Positions 26,790-40,352 of a stretch of 64,000 nucleotides of DNA are shown here, in pieces. Location of the stretch: positions 73,519,354 through 73,583,353 of the forward strand of contig NC_068985.1 of the NCBI RefSeq assembly GCF_001194135.2, given 5' to 3'. Below the pieces are notes generated by a model that was not told the DNA's origin, made no database searches, and saw only the letters and a list, made by a program, of their open reading frames with translations. Position 1 is the first letter of the stretch. Each line of letters begins with the position of its first letter. Origin of the DNA: Octopus bimaculoides. Its lineage: Eukaryota. The position numbers and the translations under genes are program-made.

Positions 26790-28082
26790 CCTTGGTACTA
26801 TCAGTAAATTGTCGCCTTTTTATATTTCTAATTTCCTGCATGCGCATTCTTTATTTTTGCCTTTGTCGTCTACACAATATAGTAGGGACAGTTAGGCACC
26901 GTCTGTGAGAAAAACAGCACTATGACGCAATTCTTTTTGCCAGGAATTTGGAACGACATGCTGCACTGATTGGCATTTACACTGGAAACTCCAATATGAA
27001 CATTTCAGAGTGTTTGCGTGTCAATCTGAGGACAGTGCAGAGGATTCAGGGAATGTTAGATGAATCTAATGGTGATTAGGAAGGTACGAAGGCATCTCGG
27101 AAAACTGACTCTGATCATTCTGATAAGAAAAGAACTCCTGCATTTGTTAGTGAGATCCAGGCCATGATTAACAATGATCTCTCGAAATCAATCAGGTCCA
27201 TCGCAAGGGACATTGAAGTGTCTAAGCTTCTTATCAGATAAGTAGTGCTTGGAGACATTCAGTATTCCTCATACGCGATGAGTATGGGCCAATTTCTATC
27301 CCAAGCCATCAAGGACAAGAGGAAAGACTGCGTTACGAATATTTTTAACAAACTCAAGTATACTCTCCAACCGAACATGCTTTGGTTAAAATTTCTGCCA
27401 AGATCAGATTGTGAACACACAAAACAACCGTTGTCTTGCTGTGTCCCAAAAACGTGTACCGAGATAGATAAAATTAAGCATCCATTCAACATCATGGTAT
27501 TTGGAGTGATCACAAGTGATGGCAATGTTATGCCTCCATTCATCTTCCCAAAATGCGTCAGACTCCACACGGAGGCCTACATCAAGTGGGTGGAGGCGGT
27601 AGTGCTGCCTTGGGTCAAGAGAGTGCCTGCGGGATGGCCTTATGTCTGACAACAATATTCTACACTATTCTACAAAAACAGGAGAGCCTTGTCATGGCTG
27701 TCAGACAATTTCTGCAACCACACCACCCCTAACATCTGGCCACCTAACTCACCAGAGTGCGATCTCCTTGATTATTATATGTAGAGTGCAGTTGAGCGAG
27801 AGAGCAGCAAAACTCCTTGTAACATCAAAGATGAACTGAAGGCAAGGATTATGGCAGCATTCACCAACGTAAACAAGGAGACGGTCCAGGAGAGTTGCAG
27901 GAGATTCCGAAGTCATCCGGAGGCCGTGGTTGAAGCCAATTCCGATTTTATTGTATAAATTTACTTTTTAGTATTCATAATATTTTTATGTAATTTTGGT
28001 AAATATATCTGTTAAAATGCGACGTCAGTGTTATTTTCATTTTTGCGTAATTTAGACGACAATTTATTCACCGCTTCCTATA
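26790..28082 (+). mobile_element. Tc1/mariner DD37D (maT-type) transposon relic
   Basis: HTH-like KSIRSIARDIEVSKLLIR, IMVFGVITSDG, and QQ(Y)S...WPPNSPECDLLDYY with exactly 37 residues between the mutated second acidic position and the final D. TIR remnants TAAATTGTCGCCT (26805-26817) and AGACGACAATTTA (28054-28066). Confidence 0.85.
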
Positions 28083-28152
28083 ATTTGATGTATGTATGTA
28101 TGTATGTATGTATGTATGTATGTATGCATGTATATATCTATTTATCGGTATC

Positions 28153-28187
<35 letters not shown>

Positions 28188-28907
28188 NNNNNNNNNNNNN
28201 NNNNNNNNNNNNNNNNNNNNNNNNNNNNNNNNNNNNNNNNNNNNNNNNNNNNNNNNNNNNNNNNNNNNNNNNNNNNNNNNNNNNNNNNNNNNNNNNNNNN
28301 NNNNNNNNNNNNNNNNNNNNNNNNNNNNNNNNNNNNNNNNNNNNNNNNNNNNNNNNNNNNNNNNNNNNNNNNNNNNNNNNNNNNNNNNNNNNNNNNNNNN
28401 NNNNNNNNNNNNNNNNNNNNNNNNNNNNNNNNNNNNNNNNNNNNNNNNNNNNNNNNNNNNNNNNNNNNNNNNNNNNNNNNNNNNNNNNNNNNNNNNNNNN
28501 NNNNNNNNNNNNNNNNNNNNNNNNNNNNNNNNNNNNNNNNNNNNNNNNNNNNNNNNNNNNNNNNNNNNNNNNNNNNNNNNNNNNNNNNNNNNNNNNNNNN
28601 NNNNNNNNNNNNNNNNNNNNNNNNNNNNNNNNNNNNNNNNNNNNNNNNNNNNNNNNNNNNNNNNNNNNNNNNNNNNNNNNNNNNNNNNNNNNNNNNNNNN
28701 NNNNNNNNNNNNNNNNNNNNNNNNNNNNNNNNNNNNNNNNNNNNNNNNNNNNNNNNNNNNNNNNNNNNNNNNNNNNNNNTATATACATGTGCATGTGTGC
28801 GTGCGCATGTGTGTGTGTGTGTGTATCTATGTATCGATGTACGGGTGTATAATATATATATGTATACCTATATATACATATGTATATATCTATCTATCTT
28901 TTCAGCC

Positions 28908-28938
<31 letters not shown>

Positions 28939-29599
28939 AATCGATCGATCTGTATCTTTATAATTTTGTGTGTATAAACTTTACAAGAAAAGCTGTAAGA
29001 AATTAATGATTTACATACGAAATATTTGTTCTACACCAAGATGTGTCTTGCACTGACAGGAAAGGCAGTAAGCCCGTTATTTTCTCGTTGGAAACTTGTA
29101 ATCAGTGATGTTTTTTTGCAAATATCACGATATCGCATAAAGAGAAACAACTAAGCATTTGAAGGAATCTATTTTTAACGTGTGTTTTGTCAGATTGCAG
29201 TAATGAGTTCACGTCGTTCTACTATTCTATTGCAAAAAGAATGAAAGCTATACCAATAATGACTATAACAGTGGTATGTTTCAATGAATATTAAATGAAT
29301 TGAATTAAAGCTGATTCTTTGTATCTTATATCAGCACAGAAGGCGCATTATGCTGGTTTGCTGATTTAGCTATATATACAACCAACCGAATTTATTGAGC
29401 CTACGAAATTTAATGCAAGGCATAAAATCCAATTGCATGCTAAAACTGACATTTAAAATCACGTAACAAGAAATTGAAAGAAGAGACTAAATAATTCCGG
29501 GTTGGTATTTTACAGCCCGATGCATATATTTGATACGAATGGAAACTCATTAAAACTTTCTTCACATTTCCAAACAGGTTTGAGTTGTAAACGTGTAGA

Positions 29600-30140
29600 G
29601 ATAATAAAGAATTGTGTCGACTAGTCACGCAATCGCATATTTCTAGAGAAGAAAGCATGTCATAAAGATGGCTATGGTCGATCCTTTTATTTAGGATCAG
29701 AAAACATTTCGTTCTCTGTAATTACTGATACTCTACAAAACACAAGTGCTTCCATAATGGATTGTTGCTTCCACATCCAGCACAGTGCACAGGCAGACGC
29801 ACTACACCGCATCCAGAGAAAGACCTCTCGCATGATTAACCTCCTAAGTCGCCTGTAGAAATGCTTCAGCTTTTGGGCGTTTTTCTCTCTTCCCCACCTC
29901 TTTCTATTTCTACATCTTCGATAAAGGCTACCGCCACTCATACACCAATTCACTCGTTTCTTTAATCTCATCATCTATGTTGTGTCTAAGTCCCGCACTT
30001 CTCTTAACAAGCACTCTGCTCTCTCCAGAACACCGCTCCATAGAATCTTTTCTCGGTTCGACTTTAATGTATGGTAATTCCAGATAGAACTTTCATCATT
30101 TTATGCTGTTCATAAACGACCTGACATTTACCTGGCTCAT
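29600..30140 (+). mobile_element. Highly degenerate CR1/L2/Jockey-group LINE 3' fragment (RT thumb)
   Basis: With one frameshift reads LLILYKTQVLP-MDCCFHIQHSAQADALHRIQRKTSRMI, resembling the LL-LYK-Q-RP-MEYC-H-W...LDRIQR-A-R-I motif. Confidence 0.55.
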
Positions 30141-30209
30141 GGAAGCCTGAGAAATCCACGATCAATTTGAAAGAGATAGACAGATCGATAAATAAATAGA
30201 TAGATAGAT

Positions 30210-30243
<34 letters not shown>

Positions 30244-30253
30244 NNNNNNNNNN

Positions 30254-30285
<32 letters not shown>

Positions 30286-31403
30286 GAGAGAGAGGGAGAG
30301 GTAGGGAGAGAGAGGTAGAGAGAGAGAGAGAGGGGTAGAGAGAGAGAGAGTTTCTATAATTTCAAAATATTGCTCGCATAAAGTGAATTTGATTTAACTA
30401 GGCTACAAAACCACGTTACGTTTTACATTCAATATTCCACGAACTTAACTTATCTGGTATGATATAAAACGTTATTATGTTTATACTAAAGAATTTATCG
30501 TTGTAGTCTGGGCTTAGCCGTGTATATTACATATCGGGAGAGTGAGAGAAGAGTGATATTCATGAATTTTGTTTTTCAATTTAATTCACCGTTGGAAAGA
30601 TAGCAGTTTGATTCCAACTGTGAATAGAATTTATACTTTCCATAGTGGTATTTTACTTCAGCTCTATTCTAGATGTTACATATTAGTAAATGATTTAAAT
30701 TTTAAAGATATTCGGGAAAATCAATTTAACTTTCTAGCACATGCATACAACTGATTTTATTGATCTCGGTTGGCTGAACTTTTGTATATTGAAAATAGAA
30801 AGATGGAACCAAATAATTTATGGCATATAATTATTCGCCCTAGTAATGTTATTATCGACTATTTCAACGCATAATAATATCTTATTTTGACATAGAAAAT
30901 GCAAATTCATACGTAAATGATTAAGCTCATTAAATAAATATTTTTGGATAGGTACTCATATAACCGAACTAGGAATGATACAACGCTTTTTGCTGAATTT
31001 TTGTTCTTACTTTGTGCTTAAAAGTATTGACAAACATTTGGAAGAGAAATTCTTGCGTTATCAATTACACTAACGCTATCATTTGCCTACTATTCATGTC
31101 ACCAGCCACAGATATTTAAATGGCAAAATAGGTCTCAGTAAGGTTTGAACTCAGAATTTAAAGAAATCTCATCATACAATGTGGTATATTTGGTACATTT
31201 TTCTACCAACCCACCTTCCCTTGGGTGTTCTGCAACAATATTTCTTATAACACCAAATCAAGAATGCAATGTAATGTATGTGCTCCTTTGACTCAAGTAA
31301 ATCCAGTATTTGAATGCTACTTAGATGTGTCACAAGTTGATTTGCGTGCAGATGATACTCAAAGTAAAATGAAACATTGTGTGCTATATACAAGTCACTA
31401 ATG

Positions 31404-31613
31404 CAGGGTGCGGCAGAAATATCTCACACATTTGAAAGGTTGACAAAAGGAAGAAAGAAACAACATTTATGAAAAATTAATTTTACTGTTGTTTAAACAA
31501 AGGGTTACAGTTTTTGTTCATTAGCTAAATGTAAACATCATTGGCACTTGCATAAATTCATTAACAACACAGGTGAAAGTTTAAAATGTGGGAGGTATTT
31601 CTGCCGCACCCTG
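31404..31613. mobile_element. 210-bp Tc1/mariner-type MITE
   Basis: 30-bp TIRs (31404-31433 and 31584-31613) match at 28/30 and start CAGGGTGCGG. TA on the right flank, TG on the left. Confidence 0.9.
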
Positions 31614-31739
31614 TATGAATCTGTATGTAGAAATTTAAACTTTCAAAAACCGAGCATCAATTTTATGCTGAAAATAGAGTGCATATCTTCTGTATTTTGC
31701 GTTATTCATTCCAGCTCTGCTTTTGATATTTATTTATAG

Positions 31740-31960
31740 TAAGGTGGTGAGCTGGCAGAAAAGGTAACACGCCGGGCGAAATGCTTAACGGCATTTCGAC
31801 TGTTTTTACGTTCTCTTTCCAAATTCCATCAAGATCGACGTTGCTTTTCATACTTCCGGGGTCGATGAAATAAGTAGCAGTTGAATACTGAGGTCGATGT
31901 AATCAACTTATCCCCTCTCCCAAAATTGCTAGTCATTTGCCAAAAGTTGAAAGCAATTCA
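31740..31960 (+). mobile_element. SINE family A, full length
   Basis: AAGGTGGTGAGCTGGCAGAA head with shared body and tail. Confidence 0.85.
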
Positions 31961-31962
31961 TA

Positions 31963-32407
31963 GTAAAGGCAGCGAGCCGACATAAACGTTAGCACGCCGG
32001 GCGAAATGCTTAGCGGTATTTCGTCTGCCGTTACGTTCTGAGTTCAAATTCCGCCGAGGTTGACGTTGCCTTTCATCCTTTCGGAGTCGATAAATTAAGT
32101 ACCAGTTACGCACTGGAGTCGATGTAATCGACTTAATCCCTTTGTCTGTCCTTATTTGTCCCCTCTATGTTTAGCCCCTTGTGGGCAATGAAGAAATAAG
32201 AAGCGTTAGCACGCCAGGCAAAATGTTTAGCTTAGCAACATTTTGTCCGTCTTTACATTCTGAATTCAAATTCGGCCGAGACGATTTCACCTTTCATCGT
32301 TTTGGTGTGAGTAAAATAAGTACCAGTTGAGCACTGGGGTCGATGCAATGGGCTTAACCCAACCCCCGAAGGTGCTGGCCTTGTTCCAAAATTTGAAACC
32401 AATATTT
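31963..32407 (+). mobile_element. Two nested or tandem family A SINEs with different tails
   Basis: CGTTAGCACGCC at 31987-31998 and again at 32204-32215. The first unit has a distinct TGTCTGTCC..GTGGGCAATGAAGAAATAAG tail. Confidence 0.85.
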
Positions 32408-32639
32408 ATTCATGGTTTTCAAATGATAGAACGTACTATAGTTACAAAAAAGACAATTCTGCAACGTGCACCATGTAAAACAGTCACTTAGAAACATCGC
32501 AATAATGATACGTATGACGTGTTTCACTAATCTATGTGAAAGCAAAGCAGACTCTCAGTAGAAAAACATGTCTATTGAAATTATGATAACCCTTAAGTTT
32601 AGAATTAACAGAATCTCTTCAACAAATACATTTGCGTGT

Positions 32640-32900
32640 ATCTGAAACAGAAGATTTCTTTTTTCTGCATAAATAATTATTTCTAAGATTCATCACTTGA
32701 GTTTATCAGCTTCGTTCTTAGCCGTGTTCACCCACAGTTTCAATTCCATATCAAGACACAAAAGCTTATGTTCCAATATTTCTGAAGAATCTAGTATTAA
32801 GAATAATCCAGTTTCAGAATAATTGAACTGCTTATCGACAACGGCTATCCATTCTTCACCTAAACATTTGTTTTCAAATGTCTACATTTCCCACATCAAT
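32640..32900 (-). mobile_element. Possible RTE-clade LINE relic
   Basis: Minus frame S*YGIETV...TQVMNLR loosely resembles the RTE LLYG-ETW...EM-LR thumb motif; heavily decayed. Confidence 0.3.
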
Positions 32901-33192
32901 AAACAAATGCCTGTTACAGTTTTAACCTTCGAGATTTTAACTAAGTAACCTGAATTTTGACAAAAAACCCTGGAATTTATGTAATTCAGTGTGTCTGCAT
33001 TGTTGAGTTGACGATAAAAGCTAATTAGAATTTCGTCTATTACGAAGCTGTAGACAGAAACTCATGCCGGGGACCCCTTTTGCTTCTTCCAGTGTAGAGG
33101 TAAAAGAAATTACGCACATTAGAATGTGTTCACTCCCTCAAAGAATTAAACTAAAGCTTGCATTTTTTCCAATTTCAAAATATAAACTTCTC

Positions 33193-33372
33193 ATAGGTGT
33201 GAGCTGCAATGGTAAGAAGTTTGTTTCCAACCACCTGGTTCCGGATTCTGTTTCATTGTGAAGCATAATTATTTGTGCAGAAAAGAGAAATCTTCTCTTA
33301 TAGTCCCGGGTAAACCAAAGCCTTGTGAGTAGATTCGATGGACGAAAACTGAAAGGAGCCCGTCTTGTATAT
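33193..33372 (+). mobile_element. SINE family B, 5' half
   Basis: Diverged tRNA-like head, then CAAAGCCTTGTGAGTAGATT..GAAAACTGAAAGGAGCCCGTC, then (AT)n. Confidence 0.7.
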
Positions 33373-33477
33373 ATATATTTATATGTATACGTAGATGAGT
33401 GTATATCTTGGATCCTTGTGGAGTATCAGGATAGGATATTTCCAGAGAAGCAGTCAACCCTAGTTCTGGTCTTTCAA

Positions 33478-33509
33478 GAAGAGGAAGAGGAAGAAGAAGA
33501 CGAAGAAGG

Positions 33510-33540
<31 letters not shown>

Positions 33541-33569
33541 GAAGAAGAAGAAGAAGAAGTAGAAGAAGC

Positions 33570-33616
<47 letters not shown>

Positions 33617-33686
33617 AAGAAGAAGAAGAAGAAGAAGAAGAAGAAGAAGAAGAAGAAGAAAAAGAAGAAGAAGAAGTAGAAGAAGC

Positions 33687-33724
<38 letters not shown>

Positions 33725-33800
33725 AAGAAGAAGAAGAAGAAGAAGAAGAAGAAGAAGAAAAAGAAGAAGAAGCAGAAGTAGAAGAAGACGAAGAAGAAGA

Positions 33801-33844
<44 letters not shown>

Positions 33845-33912
33845 AAGAAGAAGAAGAAGAAGAAGAAGAAGAAGAAGAAGAAGAAGAAGAAGATGAAGAA
33901 GAAGAAGAAGTA
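33478..33912. repeat. Compound (GAA)n/(GTA)n trinucleotide array
   Basis: Direct reading; gives the poly-E/poly-V ORF 33325..33924. Confidence 0.95.
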
Positions 33913-34483
33913 TTTATTAGCTGATCTCATTCGTTTACTTGTACCACCTAAACATATGCTTGTTATCATTTAATAAATAGATATAATGGAATGTTTACTG
34001 GCTGATGTTTGTCGATTTTCTATCCTCTCCATTTTCTTATTTGCCTTATAAATATTGATAAATTTCCAATTTACCCCCACCCATACCTAGTATTCAATTG
34101 CAATATTGCCATGCAATAGTAAGCACTTGGTTAAAAATACGTAGGTACACATCTAGTAGTATATTAGATATTTAATATCCTTTAGATGGTTTATTAACCT
34201 CTAACTCATGCGGACTAATTATAATTATAGACAGAAGCAGGTTGGTGCGTTGATGTAACGGTAGTACACTTGGTCGCGTAAATAAAGGTGTGGGTTCGTG
34301 TCCCATGCGTACGGGAAAACCTACTTTTGTCGAGGTCTTATATGCCCCATAATTAGACTATTTTCTTTAGTCATCGTGCGGTGATCGCTTATAAGCTTTC
34401 AGCTTATAAAATAATATTATTATTATTATTTACAGAATTGTTAAAATCGACGCTATTTAACAAAACCATCGTAGTGGTATATA

Positions 34484-34519
<36 letters not shown>

Positions 34520-37500
34520 TGTCCGTGTGTATACGTGTGTATGTACACATACATTATATGCATATAAAGTGAAATAAGTAAAACGAATTCCGATTTACAG
34601 CATAAGTCACAAAACATCTAAGATTTTTAACACTTTTTACAGACATTTATTGTTACACATACTTGGGCATAACATCAATGTTGTATTTTAAATTCACTGA
34701 ATATTTTGGGATTTATAAACACTGGCCCGTTCAGATTCCCACCACATGTAGAGTGATCTTTGGTTTTTATCTAAAGTGCATTTTACGGATTCTACGGATT
34801 TATAGACAAATCCACTTTGTTGCTTCTCCTATGCAATCTAAGGTCCTTTAAACCTCACTAAGGTTAAACGCCACTGCTCACATCCACCGACATGGATCTT
34901 GTTCACTAATCGTTCTTGTTGCAGTAATCTTCCACCATATTCTAATGTTTGGCTTTTTTTGTGTTGTATCTCGCTATTCCACTAAAATTGGCTGGAATAT
35001 GGCATCAGAAACCAAGATTATATCTGACTTAAACAGGAACGATGCCATATGCGATAGAAATTCAAAACGTAAAGAAGTAAGGTGTTGGGAACGTTCATAT
35101 TTTATCGAAATCCGAGCATGAAACCAAGAGGTAACCCTACAAGAGTTGTCAAAAATATTATTTTTCAACACTCTCTGAACCATTTCTTCTCTTTTTGTTT
35201 TTGGTACTGCCTTGTGCAATGGGTTATAAGATTTCGAGGAGAGACGCACAAAAGGTCATACAATGTTTAGTTATTATTCTTTATGTACTAATTTCTCACT
35301 CTTCCAGAATCCCTTTGCCTCTCCATTCTCTCGAGTGAGAAAACCGATACCAACAAAGAAATAGATCCGTCCAAACGAAATATACTCCTCTCCTCCCCCT
35401 CATTTGAGACATTGTCCATATGATAGAGTTCACTATTTCCGCAGCTTATGACCGTCGACCGTAGTATAGATAGTGTGATGGAAAGTATGTTAGCGGTCTT
35501 TTGCTTTTTACGTACTCAATTTCAATTTCACTCGAACCAAATTTGTCTTACATCCTTCCGAGTTCGGTAAAATGACGAACTAGTCAAGAACTGGACTCTG
35601 TTTATTGGACAATAGCCTTCCTCGAAATTGTTTTCCTGAGCCAAAGTTACAAATAATATTATTGCTAACGACTGGTGATATTGCATGCTAGCAATCTTAC
35701 TAAAAGGATTACGTGAAATATAATTTGAATTGTTCATTCCATCAGGAAAGTTACCTCTTACTTTTTACCGTTTTGTTGCTTCCGAGAAATTGTAGTTTTG
35801 TCATCTCATTTTCTCTTGCTTCAAAAGGAATTTTCTGCCATTCTTTCTCCATAAAAATGTTCTTCAGTTTTATCTTCCTTTCATCTCATGTTGTTTGTAA
35901 AGGAAAAAAAAAATAGGATGGCAAATGGGAAAATTGCTGGAATTTATGTAATTTTTAGTTATGGATATTTCAGTAGACGCTGAGACTTGCAGAAGATGCC
36001 CTGAGGAAATATGGTTATCCTATGACTATTACAGATACACAGTGCAGATTAAGAGTGAAAAGAAGTAGTTTTCTTGTTTGCATGTGATGATTCATTGTTG
36101 TACTTATTACACAATACCATGCAAACCTACAAAGCTGTGTGTAACTATAATAATTAACAGCAGGAATTCAGCAGGTTTGAAAGTGACTCACTATACCAAC
36201 ATTACATTGAAGAAAGGCGGTATCAATACAGAGAACAACAATATAATCACTACATTCTTCACCATCACCCACAACAAACGAGAAAGTCAAAGACTGAGTC
36301 ACCGTGGTGTTTTTCAACCTAAAAATATAAGGCGCGAATACTATAATATAATACCCAACTGTCTTGATAAGAAAATGATATGTTGGATATTTTAGTCAAT
36401 ACTTGATACGTGAAGGACCATTTTAAAGTCTGCTCAAACTAGGTTGTTTAGCGACTAAACAAGTGCAACAATACTATTATCTTAGAAAGTTTAATAGTCA
36501 GACAATTATGCTTTCTGAGGATAGATACCAGCTGACTGCATATAAACCTAACCTGTATACACAGATTTTTGTAGAAATGACCTCCCACAAATGAACGTTC
36601 ACATATATTGTACGATTTCTCGTCAATGAAGATCAATCTTTCATTTTTATTTTTCTGACTAAAATACAGAATTAACTAGTTATTATTCAAGTTTTTTCTT
36701 TATAGATCATTCTCTTAGAAGGCGTGCTCAAACTCTACCAATCGGGAAGTTTTGCGAGTCTACTGGACCAGTCAATATGAAAGACAATGAGTTAAAACTG
36801 AAATCATTTGAACAATAAATATAATATACATTCTTCATACACACATATGTATATATTCGCATTTATAAAAATACAAGTTCTCTCCCTATATATATATGAA
36901 ATGTTTCGTTTTGGAGTGAAAATGATTTATTTCATACAGTTGATAATTAATGTTACATGAATATTTCTAACATTATTTTCATTCTATATTGATGAGGATG
37001 TAGAAGTTTGGTACTATATTAAAGTCAAAGTTGTAAACTAAATTTGCAGCCCGAATAACATCTTATTAACTATACGCAGGTGTGTAGCGACTAGTGAGAA
37101 TGGAGCCTGTCATCTGGGTAAAACAGCAAATATGACATAATGGTTTGATGTAAACTATCTCGCTAGTATATGTTTGTAAATGCCAACCTATAAATGTATT
37201 TGCAGTTTATTCTGTTTTCGATATTAGTGTAAATACTGTTCATCGGAATATTTTTAGAGATAATTAAAAAGATGTGTAAGTTCAAAAAATGGAAAAATCA
37301 AAGGATATATCAAATGAATTTATGGATTATTTGGAGAGCACGTTTGCTAAGACGTTTAGAGAAAATATATTTCTAATATATACAAGGAGGGTTTCAACCT
37401 GGAATACTTCTGTGTACTTTCTTGCAACTCGAAAAATCTCACAGGAGATAATGTCTTAAAGACAAAGGTGGTAACCGCAATATTTTTCAGTATTTCAAAA

Positions 37501-38904
37501 TCAACAGTCATTAATATTTGTAGGTTTATGAGAAAATATAAAACTATTTAATGAATTTAATATTTCATTTCATTATATATGAGCTATTAGATATTCATGG
37601 TGATACGCAGGTGTGACCTTTATAATTTATGATTTACCCTGTTACCTTATATATAGTGCTTTTTTGTAGGGATACAATGATTGTAAATCCGATTGCATAC
37701 ATTCATATGATAGCAATCAGTAAAAATATCTTCAGATTTGACCATCACCTCAAACCTTCGAGCAATTTGTATGTTATTGTCTTAAAAACACTGGTTTGTA
37801 AAACCCACGTTCTATCTATAAAGCTGATCAAAGTCAACGCATGCTGAAATTTAAATTCAGAACGTTACTTTTAATGTGTGGCGTGGTGTTAAACATTTAT
37901 TGAATCAGTTGTTATTTCAGTAAAATTCTTCAACAAAATTAATGCAATATTCTATCGAATATTCAAATACCTTTTCGATATGTTTTCTGTACAAGTGCCA
38001 CCAATAGACACGGTTGTACTTTTCACCATTGGAAGTACACGATATATAACACTACATAATATTTGCTGCAAGTACAGTAGATTTTTTCTTAGTATCTTAA
38101 TCTGCGTTTTTCTGGATAATTCTCATATTAGCATAGAAAAACTTTTCATATAATATTCTTAAGCATACTTAGAAGAAGCACGATCTCTGAATCTTCAAAA
38201 CATTATTACTATGACTAAGTTATAAAACAGGACATTTGATAGTACAGGCATTTTTAGGTGGCATCACAGGGAAATCGATGCAGCACATAGAGTTAAACAC
38301 TGAAGCCTTTGATACATGTCCTTTATCAAAGATCACCATATATATTCCATTGAGAGAAACTGATTATTATCTTTAATGAAAATAAAATATGAATATATCC
38401 CGTGCAGGTAAACACTTCTACTTGCAGGTGTTCCAGAGTTACGAATATATGTTAAAATAGCTTCTAAATTATTTAAACATTGATACATGTAAACACTGCG
38501 TAAGTTTCCTTCATTGATGATCACAAGCAGTTATGTCACCACGACGTGAAGTCGGCATAGACATAAAACTATGTTAGTGTTCTTATGACATCGCAAAGGA
38601 TATGTAATTCATTTAAGTAATGTATACATTTTCTAATAAAGTGTATTAATTATGCATAGTAGATTGCCTGTAAGCTGAATTAGGCCGATTAGATTTTGTA
38701 ATAACAATTTCATATATATAAAGAGTTATTACAACATACGCTCATTCTAGTTATATTGATGATACCAAATTACTAAAGAATGTACATGTATAAGAGGACC
38801 GAGATGTTATATATAATTTACTCAAGTAAAAATATCTATTCAAAGTTTTCCAATACATTGTATCCATGCCAGTACATTCTCCTAATCATTATTATAAGCA
38901 ATAA

Positions 38905-39097
38905 GAGTTTCAAAGTTTGGCTCAAGGCCAGCATCTTCAGAGGAGGTGGTAATCCCATTTTATCGACTACAGCGCTCAATTAGTACTTATTTTATCGAAC
39001 CCGAAAAAAGGAAAGGCAAAGCGAGACTCGGCGAAATTTGAACTCAGAACGTAAATGCCGATGAGATATTACTAAGCATTTTCTCCGGCATGCTTAT
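38905..39097 (-). mobile_element. SINE family A
   Basis: Reverse complement body including ATTTGAACTCAGAACGTAAA. Confidence 0.75.
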
Positions 39098-40184
39098 TCT
39101 AATATGGAAACGATTTTTATCGTAGTATAGAAACAATTTTTACCTGATAGAATTTTTATCTCAAATCGAAATCTTGATTATATTATTCTAGGTTCTTTCA
39201 TGTATTCGTATCCATGCATATTAACAAACACGTAGAAAATTCCTATCTGCACATTTTTAAGTGGCAGAGTAAAACATTTTGGAGGAAATTGCAATAATTT
39301 TATTGCGAAGAGGAAGTAACAGGAATAAGAAACGGGTTGATAATATCCGATACCCATCAATGAAACTAACAAAATATATTATGATACTTGCAAGATGAAA
39401 TATTAATTGAACTTCCAAAGCATTAGCAGGCCTGAAGCATAAGGACATACAGAAAAGTAATTATCATTTATATCTACTGCAATAAACTGTTATTATAAAG
39501 GAATAAATAGGCAAATCATTTGTTGATCTATGAAATGAAACATCATTATAAATAATATGATAATGTCCGTGTATTAGTCTATTTGCATGTAAGAAAAGAA
39601 AGAAGTGTGAGGAAAGGTGGGGAGAAAGGAAACGTTATCGTATAATCTGATGATAAACTATATTGTGAAAGTAATGAATGGAAAGTAATATTCAGTTATA
39701 TACTCTTAATAGCATTTACAGGTGTCATAAATTGATAACACTAGAGGAGACGGTAGCATAATACAGAAAATTAGTATCTCATTAAAAATATATGAAGAAA
39801 CCTTCAGACAAGGGCAAATAGTGAAATGCTTTAGAAAAATATAAAGAAAAGACGCAGTTCTCCCTTAGTAATATATGTTGCAGCGGAGACGTCAATATTA
39901 AAAGGATAAAAATGAGGTGACTTTGAAATATAAGACAATATTGAATTTTATTTGTGAAGAAACGTACGTTATAAGAACTTCAGAGTATCGGAAGAAAGGG
40001 TTTGGTGATTACCGACGTGAAAGGATGAAAACCTCAGAGGAAAATAATTATAAAATCAATATAAAATCCTTAGAAATATGGCATGCTGATGGTGGCCACT
40101 TTAATCATATTCGTAAAAGTTTCACAATAGCTATGTTGTTATCAGTGCTGCGAAATGTTCATCTATATGCTCAACAATTTCTTC

Positions 40185-40352
40185 TATATTTCATCGACCC
40201 CAGTGCTCAACTAGAACATATTTCATAGACCCAGAAAAAGAATGAAAGGTAAAGTCGAAAAGTCGATCACGGTGAAATTTCAAATCAAATCGTATAGATG
40301 GACGAAATGACTTTAAGCATTTTGCTCAGCGTGGTAACGATTCTGCCATAAG
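40185..40352 (-). mobile_element. SINE family A (diverged)
   Basis: ATCGACCCCAGTGCTCAACT ... AACGATTCTGCCA. Confidence 0.7.

Noticed and set aside
31162-31400. Open plus frame with FPWVFCNN..NT, recalling the SLC6 extracellular loop 2
   Set aside because: Spacing is wrong, there is no credible splice acceptor, and the upstream part is a SINE remnant
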